DNA from: Hadesarchaea archaeon
GTDB taxonomy: Archaea > Hadarchaeota > Hadarchaeia > Hadarchaeales > WYZ-LMO6
Reading direction: 5' to 3'
Length of the DNA stretch: 64,000 bases
NCBI GenBank assembly: GCA_029259185.1
Contig: JAPDJF010000001.1
Location: 32,001 to 96,000 of the forward strand
Position numbers and translations under genes: made by a program. Below, one piece after another: positions 19,610-28,194 of this stretch (positions are counted from its first letter, which is position 1; each line of letters starts with the position of its first letter). The notes beneath the pieces were generated by a model. It was given only the letters and a program-made list of their open reading frames with translations. It was not told where the DNA came from and did no database searches.

Positions 19610-20480
19610 TTTAACTCCACCGCCGGGGAGTCCCCTTCCGCAAGGGGGGGAATGAGAGGTGGAACGATATATAGTTTGTAGTAATCTATTGCGATGACGA
19701 AATACATCATCACGGTTGAAGATAGGTTGGGGGGAGGAATTCAAGCGGACCATAACGAAGGACAAGACCATCAATGAAGCAATGGAGCTGATAAAGAAAA
19801 AAGTGGGGCAGGGGCGTGCTTAGCCACAGGTTCTGCTTGTATCCTTCAAAGACAGCCGAGCGCGCTCTGAATCGACACATGGCACTTTGCAGGTGGCTCT
19901 ACAACCGCCTGCTCTCGGAGCTGAACTTGGTGAGGGAGAAGGGAATGAGGCTGAGAGACACCCAAGCCTTGATCGTTGACCTGAAAAAGCACGAGAAGCC
20001 TGAACTCAACGAGGTGCACTCAAGAGTTTTACAGATGGTCAGCTCTGGTCGAACGTTCGTGCTCTTGCTTGGCTGAAGCGGAGCGGTAAAAAAATCGAGA
20101 AGTTGTGGTTCAAGGGAAGGGGCTGGTTCAAGACGCTGAACTACAACCAGTCGGGGTTCAAGCTTGAGAGCGGAAAGCTCGCCCTCTCGAAAATCGGGGA
20201 AATCCCCATCAAGCTCCACCGAAAGATTGAGGGAAAAGTGAAGGGGGTTATCTGTCAAGCGCGAACGCTAGGGCAAGTGGCACGCGATATTTCAGGTGGA
20301 GGGGGAATTGGAACCCCTGCCGAAGACGGGCAAGGCGGTCGGGATCGATGTCTGATCAAGCGCTTCCTGAGCCTCAAGAACCCGCGCTTCTACGAGCGAA
20401 CACTTGAACGGATAAGGGTGAGGCAAAAACAGTTGTCTAAGAAGCGGGAGGGTTCAGCCAACAGGAGAAAAGCTCGATCT
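19610..20480 (+). mobile_element. IS200/IS605-type element remnant: left end, degenerate RHH-like ORF, frameshifted and truncated tnpB
   Basis: Starts at TTTAA followed by a GC-rich hairpin; HRF.LYPS...CRWLYN HTH; YNQSGFKL, LSKIG.I.IKLHR and GID fragments lie in different frames. Confidence 0.85.
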
Positions 20481-20500
20481 TCTCAACTTTTTTGGGGAAG

Positions 20501-20560
20501 GCCTCAGTCCGCCCATCATCAAATCATCGCTGGGCTCAAAGGTACCGTGACATCATCGGC
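20501..20560 (-). ncRNA. Candidate box C/D sRNA
   Basis: GCC/GGC terminal stem; C-like CGATGA, D'-like TTGA, C'-like GCGATGA and D CTGA boxes with roughly 13-16 nt guides. Confidence 0.55.
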
Positions 20561-20597
20561 GAATGATTTTTGTCTTGGATCCATAAATCCTTGTCGG

Positions 20598-20969
20598 CTA
20601 CACCACTTCGAGGAGAAGCTTCTCTTCATTTGGAGCGTATACGGCTATGTTGGTTTCTCCGTATGGATATGCGACGATCATGAGCAATCGTCCGAATGTG
20701 TAGTTCATATCGTGTGCGGAGGGAATCAAGATGCCAGAGGGATGTGAGTGAACGCTCCCCATTATTGAGGGATCCAAGGGAAGTGCATGTAGGGGGAACC
20801 CGGCGAAATCTCTACCCCGGGTGACGAATGGGGGAAAGAGAAATTCAGTTAATTCGACCACCCCTCTCTTCGATTTTCCCCGCAGGAGGAGAAGCATTTC
20901 TTTTGGGTGCATATCCCCGGCATTTTTTAGGATGAGACTCAGTAGCTCTCTGTCGATTCGGACTCTCAC
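20598..20969 (-). CDS. JAMM/MPN+ metalloprotease
   Basis: E...HSHPSG..PS..D motif. Confidence 0.9.
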   Translation of the reverse strand: MRVRIDRELLSLILKNAGDMHPKEMLLLLRGKSKRGVVELTEFLFPPFVTRGRDFAGFPLHALPLDPSIMGSVHSHPSGILIPSAHDMNYTFGRLLMIVAYPYGETNIAVYAPNEEKLLLEVV

Positions 20970-21069
20970 ATCTCTGTTTTGTTGGGATCGTTTTTTAACT
21001 TCGGTACTTCTGGTGCTTGGTGCCGAAGTGTTTATTTTTGTTTGATCCCTTATTTTTTATGGTGAAACG

Positions 21070-21678
21070 ATGTGGGATTTCTGGGAGGATTGGTTCAGGA
21101 GATGGCGACGGAATTTCTTTAGAGATGTCTTCAGGGATTTCAGGGAGATGAACAGGGAGTTTGAAGAGATGTTTGCCCGGATGTTCAGGGAGTTACCGAG
21201 AGAGTTTCTCCGAGAGTCGAAACTCCCCGATGGAAGCATCGTCAAGACGTGGGGTCCTGTGGTCTACGGGTACTCCATGACGGTCGGGCCTGATGGTAAA
21301 CCGTCCGTGAAGGTATTCGGTAATGTGAGTCCAGAACTTGGCCTGCCTAACGTAGAGATGAAACGCGAGCCACTGGTCGAGTGCATTCCTGGTCCGAAGC
21401 ACGTGAGGGTGATAGTCGAACTTCCCGGGGTGAGTAAATCCGATATCGATCTCAAAGCGGAGGAGAATAGGGTTGTGGTTTCTGCCGAGAGGGGGGATTG
21501 GAAGTACTACAAAGAGATCGAGCTTCCTTGCAAGGTAGATCCTAAGTCCGCGGACGCGAGTTACACCAACGGGATCCTAGAGGTGATATTCCGAAGGCAA
21601 GAGAAACCTGAACCCAAAGAGAAAATCGAGATAAAGGGGCCAGAGGAGAGGAAAGAAGAAAAGAAGGAAAAGAAGTGA
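21070..21678 (+). CDS. hsp20: Small heat shock protein Hsp20
   Basis: GP.VYGYS.TVGPDGKP, ELPGV and A.Y.NGILEV motifs. Confidence 0.95.
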   Translation: MWDFWEDWFRRWRRNFFRDVFRDFREMNREFEEMFARMFRELPREFLRESKLPDGSIVKTWGPVVYGYSMTVGPDGKPSVKVFGNVSPELGLPNVEMKREPLVECIPGPKHVRVIVELPGVSKSDIDLKAEENRVVVSAERGDWKYYKEIELPCKVDPKSADASYTNGILEVIFRRQEKPEPKEKIEIKGPEERKEEKKEKK

Positions 21679-21844
21679 ACTCCTTTCTTATCTTTTTTTA
21701 AGCTCATTGGATAATGTTGACGTTAGAAGTCGAGGTATGCGTACAGCCATATTTTGTCCCCCATTAGATCTAAGAATGTTCAGAAACGATCTTGATAGGT
21801 TCCCGAGAAATCGAATTTATAATTTGAGGCACAAAAGGTATTGG

Positions 21845-21953
21845 GCCCCGGTGGTGTAGACCGGTCAAGGAGGAAGCTCCGCCGAAATCATACAGCCCTT
21901 TCGAGCAACGAGGACAGGCTGTGACGTGGGTTCAAATCCCGCCCGGGGCACCA
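21845..21953 (+). tRNA. tRNA-Glu(TTC) with two introns (21868-21886 in the D-loop; 21904-21915 at 37/38)
   Basis: Removing both BHB-bounded segments gives a complete cloverleaf GCCCCGG...CT TTC GA...TTCAAATC...CCGGGGCA CCA. Confidence 0.92.
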
Positions 21954-22033
21954 CCTCCGAAATACTCGTTTGTGGATCTCGGAAAACACGAACAGGGGAA
22001 GTCAATGTACCAAGAATAATCTAAAGAAACTCA

Positions 22034-22630
22034 GTGATGGAGTTTCCGTGCCACCGTTGTAGAGAACTTATTCTTTCATTCGTGTTCGTCCTCTTATTCC
22101 TGGGTCAGATTACCCCAGTTGGATCACAGGCGCTAACATCGGTTCCAGAGGAGGGAGTGGTGGTGGCTGTTTTTGATCCCACAACCGGAGATATCGTATA
22201 CCTCTTCTCTTTCATGGGTGACTGTGGCCCCAGTTTTGAAATGTATGAACGCATGGGTCTTATCCCCATTGTTATCGAAAACCATCCATGAAAAACGAGA
22301 TATGGAGGGATCCAACTAGATTTCTACTTCGATTTTGAAGACGAGCGAGCACATCAAGAACCGCACCATCAGAGGCGAAGACATAGGTTAGGGACAAGTC
22401 ACGAACACGAGATAGCTTTGGGTACAATCCTTCCCAGGAGCCTCAAGCTCAAAGAAAAGTTATTAGCATCGGACGGTGGAGTTTTTCGCCACCTTTTTAC
22501 CTGCGCTACCAAATCCATTAGTTTGGGCGGAGATGGGCTCCAAGTTCGGTGATTACCTCCTTCGGATAGGTTATGTTCTCGAAACCGTCGCGCTCCACGA
22601 AGTAGCGCTTGCACTTTTGCATCGATAGCC
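22034..22630 (+). pseudogene. Probable decayed secreted metallopeptidase (matrixin-like)
   Basis: Signal-peptide-like ORF at 22034-22291; a downstream frame reads LETVALHEVA (22578-22607), like a zincin HExxH helix missing the second His; stops lie between them. Confidence 0.35.
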
Positions 22631-22740
22631 CTGTTCACTTCTTCGTCACCTACCAAGTCCAGCCTCCAAGATGAATTGACCAATCTTAAATCACTAATCC
22701 TAGGAAAACCTTAAATCCAGATGAAGTCATTGAGTGATGA

Positions 22741-24066
22741 GTGGAAGACAAAAGTAAAGTTCTGAAAACCGCTGAAACCGAGAAGGTAAAATTCGTCCAG
22801 ATGCAGTTCATGGACATCCTTGGTACAGTGAAAAATGTCACGATACCCGTGAGTAGGCTTGAGAGGGCCTTAGAGGAGGGTGTTTTCTTCGATGGTTCCT
22901 CGATCTTGGGATATGCCACCATCGAAGAATCAGACATGCGCCTCATGCCCGACCCAAAAACTTTCACCATATTGCCTTGGACCGAAGAGGGACTCAAAAC
23001 TGCCCGCATGGTCTGCGACGTTTACGACCATGAAAACAATAGGTTCGAAGGGGATCCTAGATACGCTATACAGAGGATCTTGGGCAAAGCTAGAGAGATG
23101 GGGTACATTTTCAACACGGCACCAGAATACGAGTTCTTCTTCCTACTTCTCGATGAGAAAGGGAACCCGACAAACAAACCTTCCGATTCTGGGGGATATT
23201 TCGACCTCATGAAAGATCGTGGAGATGAAATAAGGAAGGAAATTGTTTCCCACTTGAACGCGATGGGTTTTGAGGTAGAGGCCTCACATCATGAAGTGGC
23301 TCCGGGACAGCACGAGATTGACCTCAGGTATGCTGACGCGCTGACCTCTGCAGACAGGGTAGCGATGATGAAATACGTGGCCAAGGTCATCGCTTACAAA
23401 CACCAACTCTTTGCCACCTTTATGCCAAAACCTATATACGGGGTCAACGGTTCAGGCATGCACACCCATATGTCGCTTATAACCCCGGACGGAAGGAATG
23501 TGTTTTACGATCCGAATGGCAAATACCAACTCAGCGATCTCGCCCTGTACTTCATAGGCGGGCTGCTGAAGTACGCTAAAGAGATCTGTGCAATCCTAGC
23601 ATCATCCGTCAACTCTTACAAGAGACTCGTGCCCGGCTACGAAGCCCCAGTATATATCTCCTGGGCGAACAGGAACAGGAGTGCCTACATAAGGGTACCC
23701 TCGGGAAGAGGCATGAGAACCAGAATAGAACTACGCAGTCCTGACCCGGCGGGGAATCCCTATCTCCAATTCACGGTCATGCTGGCTGCTGGTTTGAAAG
23801 GGATTAAAGACAAGATTTCACCTCCTGATCCCGTCGAGAAAAACATTTTCCGCATAAACGCTGAAGAGAAGAAAGCTCTGGGAATCGAATCGCTACCGAG
23901 AAACTTGGGAGAAGCGCTGGAATACATGGAAAAAAGTAGCCTAGTGAAGGAGGCTCTGGGAACCCACCTCTTCGAGCACTTCCTTTACATCAAGGGACAG
24001 GAGTGGGACACTTATAGGGCTCAGGTGAGCGACTGGGAAGTCAAAAACCTCCTGCCTTCCCTTTAA
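22741..24066 (+). CDS. glnA: Glutamine synthetase type I
   Basis: FDGSS, HHEVA.GQHE, FMPKP, NGSGMH, RLVPGYEAP and RIELR motifs. Confidence 0.98.
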   Translation: MEDKSKVLKTAETEKVKFVQMQFMDILGTVKNVTIPVSRLERALEEGVFFDGSSILGYATIEESDMRLMPDPKTFTILPWTEEGLKTARMVCDVYDHENNRFEGDPRYAIQRILGKAREMGYIFNTAPEYEFFFLLLDEKGNPTNKPSDSGGYFDLMKDRGDEIRKEIVSHLNAMGFEVEASHHEVAPGQHEIDLRYADALTSADRVAMMKYVAKVIAYKHQLFATFMPKPIYGVNGSGMHTHMSLITPDGRNVFYDPNGKYQLSDLALYFIGGLLKYAKEICAILASSVNSYKRLVPGYEAPVYISWANRNRSAYIRVPSGRGMRTRIELRSPDPAGNPYLQFTVMLAAGLKGIKDKISPPDPVEKNIFRINAEEKKALGIESLPRNLGEALEYMEKSSLVKEALGTHLFEHFLYIKGQEWDTYRAQVSDWEVKNLLPSL

Positions 24067-24118
24067 ATTCATCAAAGCTCAATAATCTTGAGGAGAACCC
24101 CTCCGAACATGAATAGAC

Positions 24119-24682
24119 ATGAAAAAGAAAGTTTCGAACGAGGATGTTTATAGGTTGCTTCACCCCAGACAGGTTGTTCTCGTGACAAGCATCGGTGAAT
24201 CAGGGGAACCGAACATCATGCCCGTTGCTTGGTCTACCCCCCTATCTTTCAGCCCTCCCTTGGTCGGGGTCTCGGTGGGATTTCAGCGATATTCTCACAA
24301 GCTCATCATCGAGAGTGGTGAGTTTGTGATCAACATCCCCGGGGTCGAGCTTGCTTTGAAGGTGCAGGAGTGCGGTAGGGTTTCAGGAAGAACCCATGCC
24401 AAATTCGAGGAGGTGGGCCTCACCCCGAAACCTTCCAAGAAGTTGAAGACTCCGATCGTAGAAGAGTGTTTAGCCCACTTGGAATGTAAACTCTTCAAGT
24501 CGTTGGAAGTTGGGGACCATACCTTCTTCGTCGGTCGGGTGGTGGAAGCATACGCTGACGAAAAAGTCTTCAAGAGAGGAGTATTCGATCTCAATAAGGC
24601 TAAGATACTTTATCATGTTGGGGGTAGCTCTTTCACCACGTTGAGCGATCGTCTACTGAATGGTGGGGATGTATCCGCTTAA
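24119..24682 (+). CDS. Flavin reductase family protein
   Basis: LVTS...N.M..W, EFVIN, SGR..KF and GDHT.FVG motifs. Confidence 0.92.
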   Translation: MKKKVSNEDVYRLLHPRQVVLVTSIGESGEPNIMPVAWSTPLSFSPPLVGVSVGFQRYSHKLIIESGEFVINIPGVELALKVQECGRVSGRTHAKFEEVGLTPKPSKKLKTPIVEECLAHLECKLFKSLEVGDHTFFVGRVVEAYADEKVFKRGVFDLNKAKILYHVGGSSFTTLSDRLLNGGDVSA

Positions 24683-24812
24683 AGCCCGAGACTTGTGAAC
24701 AGTTCGATCCGTCATCCCCTCCAACCTATGGGTGGTTCCACTTTGGCCCTTGGCCCGAAGGTTTTAAATGTGGAACAGAGGGAAAAATAGCAAAGGTGGG
24801 AGTTTGCAGAGG

Positions 24813-25199
24813 ATGCCCGTAGTCGTGCAAGAAGTATTGAATAACCCGGGAAGATTGTTGGGGATTGCCGGGATCCTGTTGTTTGTGGGTTCTCTAGGTT
24901 CCTGGTATTCGGGTCCCACCACAAGTGGCTGGGATGCCGGGATAGGTAAGATCAGCTTCTTCATTTCGCTGATTTTCTTAGCGACGGCGGCTACTCATCT
25001 CGGGTACATCCGTCACCCAATCGCCCACCCACTCCTGCCCATGCTCAGCATTTCCTCGATTTGCGGATTCATAGCGCTGATAACTTGTCTCGTGGGGTTT
25101 GACTTGCGCCCGAATTATTCTTGGGGACTCCTCCTCAGCACCGTAGGGGCACTGGCTGCGCTTTTCGCGGCTTACAAGGCGTACACGCTCAGGGTTTAG
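24813..25199 (+). CDS. Hypothetical membrane protein (about 4 TM)
   Basis: Hydrophobic segments; upstream TTTTAAAT box and GGTGG SD; start uncertain. Confidence 0.7.
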   Translation: MPVVVQEVLNNPGRLLGIAGILLFVGSLGSWYSGPTTSGWDAGIGKISFFISLIFLATAATHLGYIRHPIAHPLLPMLSISSICGFIALITCLVGFDLRPNYSWGLLLSTVGALAALFAAYKAYTLRV

Positions 25200-25214
25200 T
25201 CTTCTTTGGGATGA

Positions 25215-25448
25215 GTGGGGGAGAGGAAAAGCGAAATGTCGGTCTGTCCAGTCTGTGGAAAACCGCTTGAAGCGAGAAAAGTGAAGTGTTTCGGTTGTGC
25301 CGTTGAGCTCCACAGGGAGTGTGCTAAAAAAACAATGGGTAAGTTCTATTGCAGGCGGTGTTACAGGGAGGGGAAAAGGCGCGCGCGGTTAGAACGGATG
25401 CGGCAGTGGGGGGGTATGGGCAAAAAAGTCCCGCACAAGCTCTGGTAG
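25215..25448 (+). CDS. Small Cys/His zinc-finger protein
   Basis: CxxC...CxxC...HxxC...CxxC pattern. Confidence 0.7.
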   Translation: MGERKSEMSVCPVCGKPLEARKVKCFGCAVELHRECAKKTMGKFYCRRCYREGKRRARLERMRQWGGMGKKVPHKLW

Positions 25449-25517
25449 GATCCCTCATCCCCGGTCGCGCATGATGGTTAGGTTGAATAAAGGGTCGAAA
25501 TCGAGTATAATTATGGT

Positions 25518-25602
25518 GCGAGGGTGGCCGAGCCAGGTCAAAGGCGTAAGCCTTAGGAGCTTATCCCGTAGGGGTTCGAGGGTTCAAATCCCTCCCCTCG
25601 CA
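25518..25602 (+). tRNA. tRNA-Leu(TAG)
   Basis: GCGAGGG/CCCTCGC acceptor stem, TAAGC-CTTAGGA-GCTTA anticodon arm, long variable arm, TTCAAATC; CCA not encoded. Confidence 0.95.
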
Positions 25603-25731
25603 CTTCCAAGGAGTAAACTGATCCCAGCAGTCGAACGCCAGTCTTTTCGTGAGTCAAGAAGCGTTTCCGCACCCAATTTGACTTAGAAGTGGTTCTTGAG
25701 GATTTTTTATATGGAATAGACAAAAAGACGA

Positions 25732-25908
25732 ATGATGAGGACCGAAGAAATCGTTGCACTCGCCGGTATTCTGCTCATCATGCTCGGCATGGTGGGGGGA
25801 GGGAGCTCGTATCTCCCTTGGTGGGCTATCTCCATCCTCATTGGAGTATTGCTCCTGTTGGTAGCGTTTGTACTTACGCGGATGGCCCCCAGATTCGGTG
25901 TTCCTTGA
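25732..25908 (+). CDS. Small two-TM membrane protein (58 aa, absent from the ORF track)
   Basis: MMRTEEIVALAGILLIMLGMVGGGSSYLPWWAISILIGVLLLLVAFVLTRMAPRFGVP; TTTTTATAT box about 20-25 nt upstream. Confidence 0.65.
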   Translation: MMRTEEIVALAGILLIMLGMVGGGSSYLPWWAISILIGVLLLLVAFVLTRMAPRFGVP

Positions 25909-25920
25909 GGAGCGACTTGG

Positions 25921-26715
25921 ATGAGGGCGGAAATAGGGATAATAGGGGGAACGGGAGTTTACGAGTTCGAGGGGATAGCAAATCCAAAATGGAGAGTTGT
26001 CAAAACCCCTTACGGCAAGGTGGAGATCCTTCTCGGCTCAGTCGGCTCTCGAAGTGTGGGGTTTCTCTCCAGACATGGGAGAACTCACAAGTTGCCCCCC
26101 CACAAGGTGAATTATCGTGCCAATCTGTGGGCACTGTGGTCGATAGGCGTCCAGAGGATCCTCGGAATCACCGCGTGTGGTTCTTTGAATCCAGTGTTGA
26201 AACCAGGGGAACTGGTGCTACCGGATCAGTTTATAGATTTTACGAAGGGTCGGATCCCCAGTTTCTACGAAGGGGGGAGAAAGGGGGTCGTGCATGTGGA
26301 TGTTACGAACCCGTACTGTCCTGAACTGCGCACATTGGTGGCGGGGGTGGCGAGGAGGATGGGATTTCGCGTCCACCGAAAAGCGACCTATGTATGCACC
26401 GAGGGACCAAGATTCGAAACCGCGGCAGAGATAAGAATGTTCAGGAGACTGGGCGGGGATCTCGTCGGGATGACGAATGTCCCGGAATGTGTTCTAGCTC
26501 GGGAGCTGGAGATGTGCTATGCCGTTATTGGTGTGGTCACGAACTTCGCAGCTGGTATTTCCAAGACCAAGCTCACCCACACGGAAGTCGTCGAGCGCAT
26601 GGGGGCGGGAATAAAAAAAATTAAAGGAATAGTTTCGAGTGTTATACCAGAAGTTCCCAGGGAACGGTCATGTCCGTGTCGGAGAGCTTTAGAAGGGGCC
26701 GTGGTAAAGCCATAG
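25921..26715 (+). CDS. mtnP: 5'-methylthioadenosine phosphorylase
   Basis: GIIGGTG, RHG.H..PPH.VNYRAN, EGPRFET.AE and VGMT motifs. Confidence 0.94.
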   Translation: MRAEIGIIGGTGVYEFEGIANPKWRVVKTPYGKVEILLGSVGSRSVGFLSRHGRTHKLPPHKVNYRANLWALWSIGVQRILGITACGSLNPVLKPGELVLPDQFIDFTKGRIPSFYEGGRKGVVHVDVTNPYCPELRTLVAGVARRMGFRVHRKATYVCTEGPRFETAAEIRMFRRLGGDLVGMTNVPECVLARELEMCYAVIGVVTNFAAGISKTKLTHTEVVERMGAGIKKIKGIVSSVIPEVPRERSCPCRRALEGAVVKP

Positions 26716-26766
26716 CTCTCTCCCCGTGAGCATTTCCCCTTCCGTTCGGGTGCGGGTCTCTCATCT

Positions 26767-27018
26767 TCATTCCTCAAACATATCTTCGTAAAACTCGATA
26801 GGTTCCAGCTCGTATTCTTGTTGGATCAGTTTTCTCTTCTTCTTTTCAGATTTTGTTATGATTGGGATCTCTTTCGGTTCCCCCCCTTTCTCCCTTATTT
26901 TGTAGGCCTCCCTACTCCGGACGTTGATCTTGTACCCGCATCGCTTGCACATCAATCTGGTAGCTCTCTTCACTTTTTCCGGATACAGGATACTCCCACA
27001 CTTAGGACAAAACTCCAT
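26767..27018 (-). CDS. TFS/RpoM-like protein with only the N-terminal zinc ribbon and an acidic tail
   Basis: MEFCPKCGSILYP...CKRCGY; no second ribbon; ends EYELEPIEFYEDMFEE. Confidence 0.75.
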   Translation of the reverse strand: MEFCPKCGSILYPEKVKRATRLMCKRCGYKINVRSREAYKIREKGGEPKEIPIITKSEKKKRKLIQQEYELEPIEFYEDMFEE

Positions 27019-27115
27019 GTTCTCGCTGTGAGTTGTTAAAGGCAGAGGAGACTTATAAGTGTATCGATTGATTTTGGATTTTTTAGCACCTCGTCCACGT
27101 TTGGAGGCCACGTTT

Positions 27116-28156
27116 TCAAGGGGTTCTTAGGATTTCAGGTATTTTCTTTCTGAATGGAGGATAGACGATTCCACGTTCGGTGACTATCGCGGTTACGAGA
27201 TCCGGAGGGGTAATATCGAAAGCGGGGTTCAGGGTTTTCACTCCTCGGGGAAGCACCCTCTTCCCGAATATCTCCTCGATCTCGCGTCGGTCTCTCTCCT
27301 CGATCTTCACTTCCCGCACTTCACTTTTAGGATCAAAGGTTGAGAGGGGTGCTACCACGTAGAAGGGGATGCGATGGCGCTTGGCCGCCACCGCTATCGT
27401 GTACGTACCGATCTTGTTGATCACATGCCCATCCTTCAGGATGCGATCAGCACCCACCATCACGAGGTCTACCATCCGGTTGGAGAGGCAATATCCTACC
27501 ATGTTATCGGTTATCACGGTAACGTTTATTCCATCCCTTTTGAGTTCCCAAGCTGTGAGCCTCGCCCCCTGCAAAAGGGGTCTGGTTTCGGTGGCTATCA
27601 CTCGCACTCTCTTTCCTTCCTCTTTTGCCATCCTTACGGCCGCGAGGGCAGTTCCGTACCCTCCTCCGGTCGCAAGCCACCCGGCGTTACAGTGGGTCAG
27701 GACAGTGTCGTTGTCACGTATGAGTTTAGCACCGATCGTTCCGAGAGTCCGGTCAGTCTCGTCGACTTCTCTCACTATACACTTGACCTCCATGACCACG
27801 GCTCTCCGCACTTCTTCCGCGCTTCCCTTGGCTCGTTCGGCAACTCCCACTACACGTTCCAAGCGGGTGAACAGGTCAGCGCCAGTTGGTCTCGTGCGTC
27901 GAAGTCTGGCAGCAGCTCGTTTGAGGTCTTTAAGTATCTCTCTCTTGGTCTTTCCTTTAGATCCGAGTGCAGCGATTGCCAATCCCATGGCTCCCGCGAT
28001 TCCGACCGCTGGAGCACCTCTGATCTTCATCCCTTCGATAGCTCTGGCCACATCTTCCACCGTCAGGCATTCTAGGGTTTTGAGTCTGTCGGGCAATTTC
28101 GTTTGGTCGATCAACACCACTTTTTTCCCTTTGAGTTCTACAGCTCGCATACTCAA
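27116..28156 (-). CDS. mtnA: Methylthioribose-1-phosphate isomerase (eIF2B-like family)
   Basis: IDQT.LP, IRGAPA, THCNAG.LAT, ETRP.LQGARLT and NPAFD motifs. Confidence 0.93.
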   Translation of the reverse strand: MSMRAVELKGKKVVLIDQTKLPDRLKTLECLTVEDVARAIEGMKIRGAPAVGIAGAMGLAIAALGSKGKTKREILKDLKRAAARLRRTRPTGADLFTRLERVVGVAERAKGSAEEVRRAVVMEVKCIVREVDETDRTLGTIGAKLIRDNDTVLTHCNAGWLATGGGYGTALAAVRMAKEEGKRVRVIATETRPLLQGARLTAWELKRDGINVTVITDNMVGYCLSNRMVDLVMVGADRILKDGHVINKIGTYTIAVAAKRHRIPFYVVAPLSTFDPKSEVREVKIEERDRREIEEIFGKRVLPRGVKTLNPAFDITPPDLVTAIVTERGIVYPPFRKKIPEILRTP

Positions 28157-28194
28157 GACCCTAAATATTAGTAGGATTACAATTCAATGGTCTT

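Noticed and set aside
22695-22725. NrpR operator upstream of glnA
   Set aside because: GGAA is present but is not followed by N6-TTCC.
25689-26324. 211-aa ORF
   Set aside because: It overlaps mtnP and a small membrane ORF out of frame and has no recognisable features.
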